DNA of 64,000 bases from Squalus acanthias (Eukaryota): the NCBI GenBank assembly GCA_030390025.1, contig JASTWF010000034.1, positions 2,108,001 to 2,172,000 of the forward strand. Reading direction: 5' to 3'. The position numbers were made by a program, and so were the translations under genes. Positions 13,255-24,787 of the stretch are shown here, piece by piece; the first letter of the stretch is position 1, and every line of letters begins with the position of its first letter. Below the pieces are notes generated by a model, which did no database searches, was not told the origin of the DNA, and saw only the letters and a list, made by a program, of their open reading frames with translations.

Positions 13255-13500
13255 CGGGCGAGAATCAGGCTAACTCAGCACAGGCCGGGGATGGAGCCTG
13301 GGCCTTTCCTGCTCTGTGTGTGGGGGTCACAGTCCCTCACCGGGTGAGAATCAGGCTAACTCAGCACAGGCCGGGGATGGAGCCTGGGCCTTTCCTGCTC
13401 TGTGTGTGGGGGTCACAGTCCCTCACCGGGGGAGATCAGGCTAACTCAGCACAGGCCGGGGATGGAGCCTGGGCCTTTCCTGCTCTGTGTGTGGGGGATC
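13255..13500 (+). repeat. ~86-bp tandem repeat, 3 copies, inside the first PEX5 intron
   Basis: ATCAGGCTAACTCAGCACAGGCCGGGGATGGAGCCTGGGCCTTTCCTGCTCTGTGTGTGGGG occurs three times; a partial relative lies at ~13750. Confidence 0.92.
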
Positions 13501-13964
13501 TCAGTAACCACTCCGGATGGGGATATTTCAGGGGTGGGCACCCATCATTGTCTGGGTCTAATTGCCGCCTCTCTCTCTCTTGCAGTTAGTCTCGGAGTTC
13601 GTGACTGAGCAGAATGGCCCGCTGCTGCCCCGCGAATCCCACACGTTCAAGATGGACGACCTGCTGGCGGAGATGCAGGAGGTTGAGAACTGAAGGATTT
13701 GACATGCTTAGCAGCGAGGTAAGATCACCCCTGGGAGCAGAGGGTCGAATCAGCACAGGCCGGTGATGGAGCCTGGGTGTTTCCTGCCCAGATTCGGGCC
13801 TTGTTTTCACACCCCAAGCCCCCGTTGTGGCAGACCTGGCGATGTCGGGGACCTGGGTCGAGGGGTTTCTGGCCACCGAGCCGACGGCAGACACATCGCA
13901 GGCCGACAGTGAATCTGATTGGTCAATGGAGTTCATCGCCCAGGTGATCGGTATGTGGACGGGA

Positions 13965-15115
13965 CACTCAGCATTGTGGGTACAGCGTCACTGAGCCCGG
14001 GCATTGTGGGCACAGGATCATTGACACTGGGCATTGTGGGTACAGGGCCACTGACCCCGGGCATTTTGGGTACAGGGGCACTGATACTGGGCATTGTGGG
14101 TACAGTGCCACTGACCCCGGGCATTGTGGGTACAGAGTCACTGACACTGGGCATTGTGGGTACAGGGTCACAGACCCCGGGCATTGTGGGTACAGAGTCA
14201 CTGACACTGGGTATTGTGGGTACAGAGTCACTGACACTGGCATTGTGGGTACAGCGTCACTGACACTGGGCATTGTGGGTACAGGGCCACTGACCCCGGG
14301 CATTGTGGGTACAGAGTCACTGACAATGGGCATTGTGGGTACAGCGTCATTGACACTGGGCATTGTGGGTACGGGGCCACTGACATTGGGCATTGTGGGT
14401 ACAGAGTCACTGACACTGGGCATTGTGGGTACAGGGTCATTGACACTGGACATTGTGGGTAAAGGGTCACGCAGCCCGGGCATTGTGGGCACAGGGTCAT
14501 TGACACTGGGCATTGTGGGTACAGGGCCACTGACCCCGGGCATTGTGGGTACAGGGTCACTGACCCCAGGCATTGTGGGTTCAGAGTCACTCGCCCTGTG
14601 CATTGTGGGTACAGAGTCAATGACACTGAGCATTGTGGGTACAGGGCCACTGACCCTGGGCATTGTGGACACAGGGCCACTGACCCTGGGCATTGTGGAC
14701 ACAGGGTCACTGACACTGGGCATTGTGGGTACAGGGACACTGACCCCGGGCATTATGGACACAGGGTCACTGACACTGGGCATTGTGGGTACAGGGTCAC
14801 TGACACCGGGCATTGTGGACACAGGGCCACTGACCCTGGGCATTGTGGACACAGGGTCACTGACACTGGGCATTGTGGGTACAGGGACACTGACCCCGGG
14901 CATTATGGACACAGGATCACTGACCCTGGGCATTTTCGGTACAGGGTCACTGACACCGGGCATTGTGGGTACAGGGTCACTGACACTGGGCATTATGGAC
15001 ACAGGGTCACTGACCCTGGGCATTGTGGTTACAGGGTCACTGATCCTGGGCATTGTGGGTACAGGGTCACTGACCCCGGCCATGATGGACACAGGGTCAC
15101 TGACACTGGGCATTC
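13965..15115 (+). repeat. 30-bp minisatellite (GGGCATTGTGGGTACAGGGTCACTGACACT)n, ~38 copies, intronic in the PEX5 pseudogene
   Basis: Tandem units visible; they account for the long repetitive ORFs on both strands. Confidence 0.97.
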
Positions 15116-15339
15116 TGGTTAAGGTCCTGAGGGTGATTACGGCCCCTCTGCCTGTTTCACTTTAAATGGTGTTTGACCTCTGAATCTTCCTCTACCCCTA
15201 GACCCCGCTGTGACCAGTCCAGCAAAGTGGACCCTGGAATACCTGGAACAAACGGCAGAGGAACTGTGGCTGGGGAACCCGAGCTGGAGCAGAGTCAGGA
15301 ACAGAAATGGTATGTAGCGGGAGGGAGTAACAGTGGTAA

Positions 15340-15545
15340 TGTCAGGGTAATGTAGAGGGAGCTCTGTACTGTTCCTGCCCTGGGAGTGCACGATGCTGAC
15401 ACTGGGTATAAAGTGGGGGTACACTCTCAGGGTAATGTAGAGGGAGCTCTGTATTGTATCTGCCCTGGGAGCATTCGATGCTGACACTGGGTATAAAGTT
15501 GGGGTACACTGTCAGGGTAATGTAGAGGGAGCTCTGTATTGTAGA
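15340..15545 (+). repeat. ~85-bp tandem repeat, ~2.5 copies, related to the 67-bp satellite
   Basis: TCAGGGTAATGTAGAGGGAGCTCTGTA..CTGCCCTGGGAG..GATGCTGACACTGGGTATAAAGT repeated. Confidence 0.75.
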
Positions 15546-15551
15546 GTGGGA

Positions 15552-16848
15552 GAAACATAGAAGATAGGAGCAGGAGTAGGCCATTCGGCCGCTCGAGCCT
15601 GCTCCGCTATTCAATGTGATCATGGCTGATCATCCAAACTCAGTACCCTGTCCCTGCTTTCTCCCCATATCCCTTGATCCCTTTAGCCTTAAGAAATATA
15701 TCCAACTCCTTCTTGAATATGTTTAATGAATTGGCCTCTGCTGCCTTCTGTGGTAGAGAATTCCACAGGTTCACCAGTCTCTGGGTGAAGAAATTCCTCC
15801 TCATTTCTGTCCTAAATGTCTTACCCCTTATCCTTAGACTGTGACCCCTGGTTCTGGACTCCCCGACCATCGGGAACATCCTTCCTGCATCTAGTCTGTC
15901 CAGTCCTGTTAGAATTTTATAAGTTTCAATGAGATCCCCTCTCATTCTTCTAAACTCCAGCGAGTATAAGCCCAATCGATCCAATCTCTCCTCATACGTC
16001 ATTCCTGCCATCCCAGGTACCAGCCTGGTGAATCTTCGCGGAACTCCTTCAATGGCAAGAACCTCCTTCCTCAGATAAGGCGACGAAAACTGCACACAAT
16101 ACTCAAGATGTGGTCTCACCAAGGCCCTGTACAACTGCAGCAAGACATCCTTGTTCTTGCACTCAAACCCTCGCTCCGAAGGCCAACATTCATTTACCAT
16201 CTTAACCGCCTGCTGCACCTGCATGCTTACCTTCAGCGACTGGTGCACAAGGACACACAGGTCTCGTTGCACTTCCCCTTCTCCCAATCTATTGCCATTC
16301 AGATCATAATCTGCCTTCCTGTTTTTGACACCAAAGTGGATAACCTCGCATTTATCCACGTTATATTGCATCTGCCCTGCTTCTGCCCAATCACCCAACC
16401 TGTCCAAATCATCCTGGAGTTTCTCGGCATCCTCCTCACGGCACACACTCCCACCCAGCTTTGTGTCATCTGCAAAATTGGAGATATTACATCTAGGTCC
16501 CTCGTCTAGATCATTAATATATATTGTGAATAGCTGGGGTCCAAGGACCGATCCCTGCGGTACCCCACCAGTCACTGCCTGCCACTCGGAAAAAGACCCA
16601 TTAATTCTTACTCTCTGCTTTCTGTCTGCCAACCAGTTCTCTATCCAAGTCCATACCTTGCCCCCCAATCCCATGTGCCTTAGCTTTACACGCTAATCTC
16701 TTATGCGGGACCTTATCAAAAGCCTTTTGAAAGTCCAAATACACCACATCCACTGGTTCTCCCTTATCTATTTTACCAGTTGCATCCTCAAAAAATTCCA
16801 GTAGATTAGTCAAACACGATTTACCTTTTGTAAATCCATGTTGACTTT
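15552..16848 (-). mobile_element. CR1 LINE, 5'-truncated (RT to 3' tail)
   Basis: ORFs 16601..16813 ([21 protein letters not shown]) and 15640..16674 ([21 protein letters not shown]); tail at 15552-15640. Confidence 0.95.
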
Positions 16849-16859
16849 GGAGGGGCTAT

Positions 16860-17380
16860 GGCCGCTTTGTGTCATTATTCCCGGCTGCTGTGTGATTGGC
16901 TCCCGGTTCCTTTGTGATGTCACCTGGAGTCAGGGCCCCGCCCCTGGTTACGGCCCATCAGTGGGATGTCGGTGTGGGATGAGCTGGAGTGACAGCTGAC
17001 ACTGGGGGTGAGTTTAGTCAAATTAAATATAATCAGTTACAAAAACAGTCCCACTGTATTCCAGTTACAGATTCTCGGATTAATATGAATGATTTTTCTA
17101 TTGACAGTCTCTGGGAGTGAGCAATATCTCAGGAAGGTGGAGAGAGAGAAGTCGAATCATCGCCGCACTCACTGGGACTGGAGAAATGTCGCTGGGTTCA
17201 CAGAGCAGCTCCGGCGGGACCGAGATCCCCATTTTCGGAAAAGGGATAAAACAGGAAGCTTCAACAATGATTGGAAAGGTGAGGAACTTTACTGAGAATC
17301 CCATCAGTCCAGGAGTTTTCCAATGTGAGAGTCTAACCAGGTACTGGGAGCTGGTCAACATCTCGCATCAGGCTCGGCTG
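16860..17380 (+). promoter_or_regulatory. Duplicated cassette, copy 3 (ATTGG, TGATGTCA, GC box, donor 17008, acceptor 17106-17107)
   Basis: Direct similarity to copies 1 and 2. Homology with copy 1 resumes after the SINE: 17980-18126 resembles 4060-4180. Confidence 0.5.
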
Positions 17381-17413
17381 AACCAAAATAGTGGGAGCTT
17401 TACTCTGTACGCC

Positions 17414-17856
17414 ACCCACGGTGGCATAGTGGTTAGCACTGGTGCCTCACAGCGCCAGAGACCCGGGTTCGAATCTGGCCTCGGGTGACTGTCTGTGTGG
17501 AGTTTGCACATTCTCCCCGTGTCTGCGTGGGTTTCCTGCGGGTGCTCCGGTTTCCTCCCACAGTCCAAAAATGTGCGGGTTAGGTGATTTGGCTATGATA
17601 AATTGACCCTTAGTGTTAGGGGGGGATTAAATATGTGGGGTTACAGGGATAGGATGGGATATGTTAGGGGGAATTAAATACGTGGGGTTACGGGGATAGG
17701 GTGGGATATGTGTCGGTGCAGGCTCGATGGGGATTCTGTGTGAGGGGGCAGGGACAGGGTACTGGATTTGGATGATCAGCCATGATCGTATTGAATGGTG
17801 GAGCAGGCTCGACGGGCCGAATGGCCTACTCCTGCTCCTAGTTTCTATGTTTCTAT
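17414..17856 (+). mobile_element. Full-length HE1-type V-SINE (tRNA-derived head, V domain, CR1-like tail)
   Basis: A box GGTGGCATAGTGG, B box GGTTCGAATC, central GTGTGGAGTTTGCACATTCTCCCCGTGTCTGCGTGGGTTTCC..CTCCGGTTTCCTCCCACA V domain, and CR1-like 3' stem-loop with TTTCTATG tail. Confidence 0.92.
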
Positions 17857-18310
17857 ATATTCCGTGCCTGCCCAGAGAGTGTTTTGGGTGTCCATTGTAG
17901 AGAAAGCTTTATTTTGCATCTCTCTATCTTACCCATGCTTTACCTGCCCTTTGACTGTCTGATTGGGCAGTGTAATGGAAGCTTTAGTCTGTGTATAACG
18001 CATGATATATGCAGGAAGAAATCACTGGACTCGTCAGTTGTGCAGAAAAGAGGCAAATGGAATTCAATCTGGAGAATTGTGAGGTTATGCGTTTCGGAAG
18101 GGCTGACAAGGCAAGGGATCCCACAGTATCAGAGATTGTCAGATGCAGAATGAATCGCACACTCACACACCGCACCAGAGACTGACAGAAACAGAATGAA
18201 TCGCAAACTCACACAGAGGGTGTCACAGAGTGGCTCTGTACTTAGGGACACCACAGATGGTGTCACAGAGTGGGTCTATACTTAGGGACTCCACAGATGG
18301 AGTCACAGTG

Positions 18311-21300
18311 TCTTCTTCTTAGGCAGTCCCTCGGAAACGAGGATGACTTGCTTCCACACGAAAAATTAGTTCTCAGGTGACTGATGAGTCCAATGCGGGA
18401 CCTACAGTCTCTGTCACAGGTGGGGCAGACGGTGGTTGAAGGGGTGGGTTGTGTGGGGTGCTTGGTTTGACGTGCGCTCCTTACGCTGTTTGCGCTTGTC
18501 TCCCGCTTGCTCCCGGCGAAGAGACTTGAGGTGTTCGGCGCCTTCCCGGATGCTTTTCCTCCACTTTGTGCGGTCTTGGGCCGGGGATTCCCAGGTGTCG
18601 CTGGGGATGTTGCACTTTTTCAAGAAGGCTTTGAGAGTGTCCTTGAAGCGTTTCCTCTGCCCACCTGGGGCTCTCCTGCGGTGCCGGAGCTCCGAGTAGA
18701 GCGCTAATTTTGGAAGTCTCTTATCGGGCATGCGGACGATGTGGCCCGGCCATTGGAGCTGATCGAGCATGGTCAAAGCTTCGATGCTGGGGATGTTGGC
18801 CTGAGCGAGAAGGCTGAGGTTGGTGCGCCTATCCTGCCAATGGATTTGCAGGATCTTGCGGAGGCAGCATTTGTGGTACCTCTCCAGTGCTTTGAGGTAC
18901 CTGCTGTACATGCTCCATGTCTCTGAAGCATACAGGAGGTTGAGTGTCACTACTGCTCTGTAGACCATGAGCTTGGGGCTGGGTTTGAGGTCCAGGTCTT
19001 TAAACATTCTCTTCCTCAGGCGACCGAAGGCTGCACTGGCAAACTGACGGCGGTGTTGGACATTGTCATCGACGTCTCCCCTTGTTGACGGTAGGCTCCC
19101 GAGATATGGAAAGTGGTCCACGTTGTCCAAGGCCTCGTCATGGATTTTGATAATGGGGGAGCAGTACTTGTGGCGGGTTGGGGGAGGACCTTTGTCTTAC
19201 GGATGTTTAGTGTAAGGCCCATGCTCTCGTACGCTTCGTTGAAGATGTTGACGATGGTTTAGAGTTCAACTGCTGAGTGAGCACAGATGCAGGCGTCGTC
19301 TGCATACTGTAATTCGATGACAGAGGATGGAACGACCTATGATCTGGACTGGAGGCGATGGAGTTTGAACAGTTTTTCCATTTGTTCTGTAGATTAGCTC
19401 CACTCCGGCGCAGAGCTTACTGAGGGTGAGATGGAGCATTGCAGCCAGGAAGAACGAGAAGAGCGTTGTTGCGATGACACAGCCTTGCTTGACCCCAGTC
19501 CATACATGAATTGGGTCTCTGGTGGATCTGTTTGTCAGGATTACAGCTTGAATGTCGTCCTGAAGCAGGCGGAGGATGGTGACAAACTTTTGAGGGCAGC
19601 TGAATTTGAGGAGGATACTCCATAATCCCTCACGGTTGATGGTGTCGAAGGCCTTTATGAGGTCAAAGAAGACCATGTACAGCGGTTGGTGCTGTTCCCT
19701 GCATTTCTCTTGTAGTTGACGCGCGGTGAAGATCATGTTCATTGTGCCCCTTAGTGGGCGTAATCCGCATTGCGACTCTGGGAGGAGCTCTTCAGCCACT
19801 GGGAGAAGGCGATTGAGGAGGATTCTTGCGATGACTTTCCCTGTGGCAGACAGCAGGGAGACCGCTCTGTAATTACCACAATCAGACTTGTCACCTTTCT
19901 TGAAGATGGTCACGATTACGGTGTCTCTGAGATCCCCTGGCATGCTCTCCTCCTTCCAAATAAGAGAAATGAGTTCATGTATTCGCGCCAATAGTACTTC
20001 TTCACCATGTTTTAGCGCCTCGGCGGGGATTCCATCTGCTCCTGAGGCCTTGTTGTTCTTCAGTTGTTGGATGGCCTTTTCAACCTCATGCCGGACTGAG
20101 GTTGTGCTGAGGTGGTTGCGGGTAGCATGCTGCGGGATGGAGTTGAGGACACTCGCATCGAAGACAGAGTTTTGGTTAAGGAGATCTTCGAAGTGCTCCT
20201 TCCAGCGGGCACTGTCTGCCTCTCTGTCCTTGATGAGTACCTCTCCATTCTTAGCCCGCAGTGGGGTAGGACCATGGGTGCTTGGGCAGCAGGTGGTCTT
20301 GAATGCGCTAAAGAATCCACGCACGTCGTGGTTGTCGGCTCGCTGCTGGATCTCCTGCGCTTTCTCCACCCACCATCTGTTCTTAGGTCGCAAGTTTTTT
20401 GTTGGACCTCGGCCTTCAATGTCTGCAGAGCTGCTTTCTGGCTCTCGAGTTCTGTTACTGTTTCCAGATCAGCAATGCCTTGCCCTTGCGACTTATTAGC
20501 TCCTGGATCTCCTGGTCGTTCTTGTTGAACCAGTCTTGATTTTTCCTGGTCGAGTGACCGAGCGTCTCTTTGCAGGTGCTGATTATGGAGGCCTTGAGTG
20601 CAGACCAGGCGCCGTGGACACTCTGTGTCTCTGAATCACTGGGAGTCGTCAGGGTGGTTGTGAGGCGCAGGCTGAATAGGGCTTTGTTGGCAGGGTCTTT
20701 GAGTGCTCCAGCGTTGATTTTCCTGCGGCATTGCATCTGTTGCCGCCGCGGTTTTGGGGCTACGTTGATGGAGATGACAGAGCTGATTAGGCAGTGGGCT
20801 GTCCAGCAGTTGTCAGCTCCTGTCGTGGCACAGGTGATGCGGACGTCCTTGCGGTCCCTCGCTCGGGCGATGACGTCGTCCAACAGATACCAGTGCTTGG
20901 AGCGAGGGTGTTGCCATGAAGCCTTGTACTTGTCTCTCTGATGGAACAAGGTGTTGGTTATGACAAGGCCATGTTCTTAGCATTTCGTCAGGAGGAGGGT
21001 ACCATTGGAGTTGGCTTTCCCTACCCCCTCTCTGCCGATCACACCTCCCCAGAGTTCTGTGTCCTTTCCACCTCTGGTGTTGAAGTCGCCAAGGGGGATC
21101 AACTTGTCGCCCATTGGGACTCGGGACAGGGATTGTTCGAGGCTGGAGTAGAATTCCTCTTTGGTCTTGTCTGTGGCTTCCAGTGTTGGGGCGTATGCAC
21201 TGATGACCGTAGCGCACTGGTTCCGGGATAGGTTGTGCCATGAGTGATGAGGCGTTCATTTATTCCACAAGGGGAGTCTATGTCGAAACGTCTGAGATCC

Positions 21301-21540
21301 CGGGCAACGATAGCACAATGGCGTTCCGGTCTGTCGCTGTTGGACTTGTCCATGAGGGTCCTGATGTTCCAGGTCCCGAGCTTCATTTTAAAGGGTGGAA
21401 GATGCCTGTGCGTGAATTCTTTTAACGTGGGGTGGCCGTTGCACACCAGCTACCACACAGGCTTGACAGAACAAGGTCTTGGTCCAATGGCAAGGGGATC
21501 CAAGACGATTGGAGACCAGGCTCTGCTACATCGGCCGAGC
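18311..21540 (-). mobile_element. RTE-clade LINE, near full length but frameshifted
   Basis: Successive minus-strand ORFs: MKLGTWNIRTLMD..RPER (APE N-terminus), SWQHPRSKHWYLLD, KASGADGIPAE..NYRAVSLL..FDLIKAFD..GVKQGC (RT), GLTLNIRKTKV, FPYLGS..LLYASETW..GGQRKRFKDTLK; (AAG)n 3' tail at 18311-18320. Confidence 0.93.
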
Positions 21541-21711
21541 ACACACACACAAACCCACTCCTACTGTCGTCCTCCCTCTTCCCGCAGGTCCTCTCTGCCT
21601 GGGTTTCCTAGGCTGCAGTGTGATGCTCCCGACCCCGCTGCGCCACTCCTGGGCATCGACCTCGCCCCCGGGCCCCTCCCTCGCCCCTGGGCCCCGCCCT
21701 TCTCATCGTGT

Positions 21712-22297
21712 GCCTCCTTCCAGTGAGTGTGTCCCGCGGTGTGTCTACTTCCAGTGAGTGTGTCCCGCGGTGACTCCTTCCAGTGAGTGTGGCCCGTGGT
21801 GTGACTCCTTCCAGTGAGTGTGTCCCGCGGTGTCTCCTTCCAGTGAGTGTGGCCCGTGGTGTGACTCCTTCCAGTGAGTGTGGCCCGTGGTGTGTCTCCT
21901 TCCAGTGAGTGTGTCCCGCGGTGTCTCCTTCCAGTGAGTGTGGCCCGTGGTGTGACTCCTTCCAGTGAGTGTGGCCCGCGGTGTGACTCCTTCCAGTGAG
22001 TATGTCCCGCGGTGTCTCCTTCCAGTGAGTGTGGCCCGCGGTGTGTCTCCTTCCAGTGAGTGTGTCACGCGGTGCCTCCTTCCAGTGAGTGTGTCCCGCG
22101 GTGTGTCTACTTCCAGTGAGTGTGTCCCGCGGTGTGTCTACTTCCAGTGAGTGTGTCCCGCGGTGTGTCTCCTTCAGTGAGTGTGTCCCGCGGTGTGTAT
22201 CCTTCCAGTGAGTGTGTCCCGCGGTGTGTCTCCTTCCAGTGAGTGTGTCCCGCGGTGTCTCCAGTGAGTGTGTCCTGCGGTGTGTGTCCTTCTAGTG
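21712..22297 (+). repeat. 32-34-bp minisatellite (CCTTCCAGTGAGTGTGTCCCGCGGTGTGTCT)n, ~18 copies
   Basis: Tandem units visible. Confidence 0.95.
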
Positions 22298-23698
22298 AGG
22301 GAGCTTTATGCTGTATCTAACGTGTACTGTACCTGCCCTGCGAGTGTTGATGGGAAACTGTAGAGGGAGCTTAACTCTGTATCTAACTCTTGTTGTGCCT
22401 GTCCTGGAAGGGTTTGATGGGACAGTATACAGGCAGCTTTACTCTGCATTTAACCCGTATTATACGTTTCATGGGAGTGATTTGATGGGACAGTGTAGAG
22501 GCAGCTTTCATCTGTATCTAATCTGTGCTGCACCTGCCCAGGGAGCGTTTGATGGGACAGAGTAGAGGGAGCTTTAATCTGTATCTAATCCGTGCTGCAC
22601 CTGCCCTGGGAGTGTTTGATTGGACAGTATAGAGGGAGCTTTACTCTGTTTACTCGTGTTCTCCCTGTCCTGGACGGGTTTGATGGGACAGTGTAAAGGG
22701 AGCTTTACTCTATCACACATGGTCTGAATGTGTCCTGGAAGTGTTTGATGGGATAGTGCAGAGGGAGCTTTGCTCTGTTTCTAACTCCCGCTGTACTTGC
22801 CCTGGGAAAGTTTGATGGGACAATGTTGAGGGAGCTTTACTCTGTATCAAACGTGGTCTGAACCTGCCCTGGGAGTGTTTGATGGGACAGTTTAGAGGAA
22901 GCTTTACTCTGCACATTCACTTTCAATGACTCGTGTACAAGGACACCCAGGTCCCTTTGTGCATCTGCGTTCCCCAATCTTTCACCATTTAGGAAATACT
23001 CTGCCTTTCTGTTTTGTCGACCAAACTGGATAACTTCACATTTATCGACATTATATTCCATCTGCCATGTTCACGCCCCTCACTGAGCCCTTTGAGATCC
23101 CCGTGAAGTCTCTTCACAACTGACACTGCCACCTAGCTTTGTATCATCAGCAAATTTGGAAATGTTACATTTAGTCCCCTCATCCAAATCCTTGGTATAG
23201 ATTGTGAATAGCTGGGGCCCAAGCACCGATCCTTGCGGTACACCACTAGTCGCAGCCTGCCATCCTGAAAAAGACCAGTTTTTCCCTACTCTTTGTTTTC
23301 TGACTGTTAACCAATTCTCAAACCATGCTAGTATATTACCCCCAATTCCATGTGCCCTCATTTTGTTCACCAACCTCTTGTGTGGGACCTTATTGAAGGT
23401 CTTATGAAAATCCAGATACACCACATCTACCGGTTCTCCTTTGTCTACTCCACTAGTTACATCCTCAAAGAACTCCAATATGTTTGTCAAACAGGATTTC
23501 CCAATCATAAATCCATGTTGACTCTGCCCAATCTTACTATTAGTTTCTAAGTGCCCAGTTATTGCATCCTTTATAATAGATTCCAGCATTTTCCCAACTA
23601 CTGATCTACCTGCGCTAGGAATGTATGATGGGACATTGTAGAGGGAGCTTTACTCTTTATCTAACCCGTGCTTTACCTGCCCTGGGAGTGTTTGATGG
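22297..23698 (+). repeat. 67-bp satellite array, interrupted by a CR1 fragment (22910-23605)
   Basis: Tandem units on both sides of the CR1 piece; the array resumes at 32339 after the Penelope/Tx1 insertion. Confidence 0.9.
22910..23605 (-). mobile_element. CR1 internal RT fragment
   Basis: ORFs 23080..23589 ([29 protein letters not shown]) and 22837..23061. Confidence 0.92.
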
Positions 23699-24787
23699 TG
23701 CGGAGATGCCGGTGTTGGACAGGCGTGGACAAAATTGAGAGGTCGCACAACACCAGGTTATAGTCCAACAGTTTTATTTGAAATCACAAGCTTTCGGAGC
23801 TGCTGACTGAGGAGCAGCAGAAGCAGCAGCAGAGTGGTGGTCTCTGTGGCCAGGAAGAGGAGAAGGAGAAGGAGACCAGACAGCAGACCACCACCACCAA
23901 CCAACACATCCACAACTGAGGTGCCTGGAGAGAGAGGACAGGAGAGGAGAAAGAAAAGAAAAGAAGGCCAAGGCCATTAACAACAGAGGAGAGGCCTTTC
24001 CACACTGCCTCCTCAATTGGCCTCCATTTTAGGAGAGGGAGAGAGGGGAGAAAACAACACAACATCCATCATCTGTTTGGAAGGAGGAAGGAAGAACATC
24101 TACAGGTGGGTGTGATTCTGGGGCACTCTCCCAGAGACTTTGTTTTGTAGGTGGGGGGAGGAAAGAAGAAAAAAAAGAAGGCCGGAACATCCAAGGGGTG
24201 TGTGTGTGTGTGTGTGTGTGTGGCTTCTGTAAAAGCTAGGCCGCACACACCATATTAAACACCCCTTTCCCATTGCCTGACCTGGGACAGCTGGAGCTGC
24301 CTAGGTGAAGTTCCCCAATTAATTTAATCTTATTGGGCATCGTTAAGATCTGGTGCAGGACTGAGCCTGGGCATCTCCAGCTATCCCAGGTGAAGACATC
24401 TTCTCCCCCCACCAGAAGACCACCACCAAAGACTTTTATTACATCGGAGAGTGCACCCCCCCTGCCAACACCCACCCACCCACCATCCTGAGTGGCGACC
24501 CTGCCCTTGCGGCTTCCCTCCTTCCCACCCCCTCTCTCTCTCTCTTTGTCTCTTGTGTCTCTCTCTGCCTCTCTCTCTAAGAGGCACCTCAATTTACTTT
24601 TTATTAAGTACCCATTGAGCAGAGGGCAGAAGGCCCCTCTCCTAATTAATTCATAAAAAGGGAGAGGTGTGCCTTCAATTTAAGAGCTCCCTCTGCTCAG
24701 GGGAAAACAAAAACAAAAAACCAGAGGCCATTAACACCTTCAGGCCTGTGACTTGGGGTGAGTGTAGCCCTTAAAGACCCGTCCATT

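Larger units (their letters stand above)
13179..15309 (+). pseudogene. PEX5: Unprocessed partial PEX5 (peroxisomal PTS1 receptor) pseudogene, four consecutive exons: 13179-13214, 13586-13718, 13819-13950, 15202-15309
   Basis: Exon translations: [120 protein letters not shown]-(frameshift)-EPELEQSQEQKW. These match the recalled PEX5 N-terminal region (LVAEF motif, [12 protein letters not shown], three WxxxF/Y motifs). AG/GT boundaries have consistent phases (36, 133, 132, 108 nt). Lesions: four stops, one 1-nt deletion and one dead donor (GA at 13215). Confidence 0.93.

Noticed and set aside
13968..15165. Long ORFs of 381, 306, 174 and 170 aa resembling mucin or repeat proteins
   Set aside because: They are stop-free translations of a 30-bp minisatellite, open on both strands, lying between a GT donor (13951) and an AG acceptor (15201).
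17414..17485. Possible tRNA gene
   Set aside because: The A and B boxes belong to the SINE head, which runs straight into the V domain; no complete cloverleaf or terminator.
21560..21712. GC-rich segment with a strong acceptor (CCCTCTTCCCGCAG)
   Set aside because: No recognisable coding match or confident donor; too short to support an exon call.
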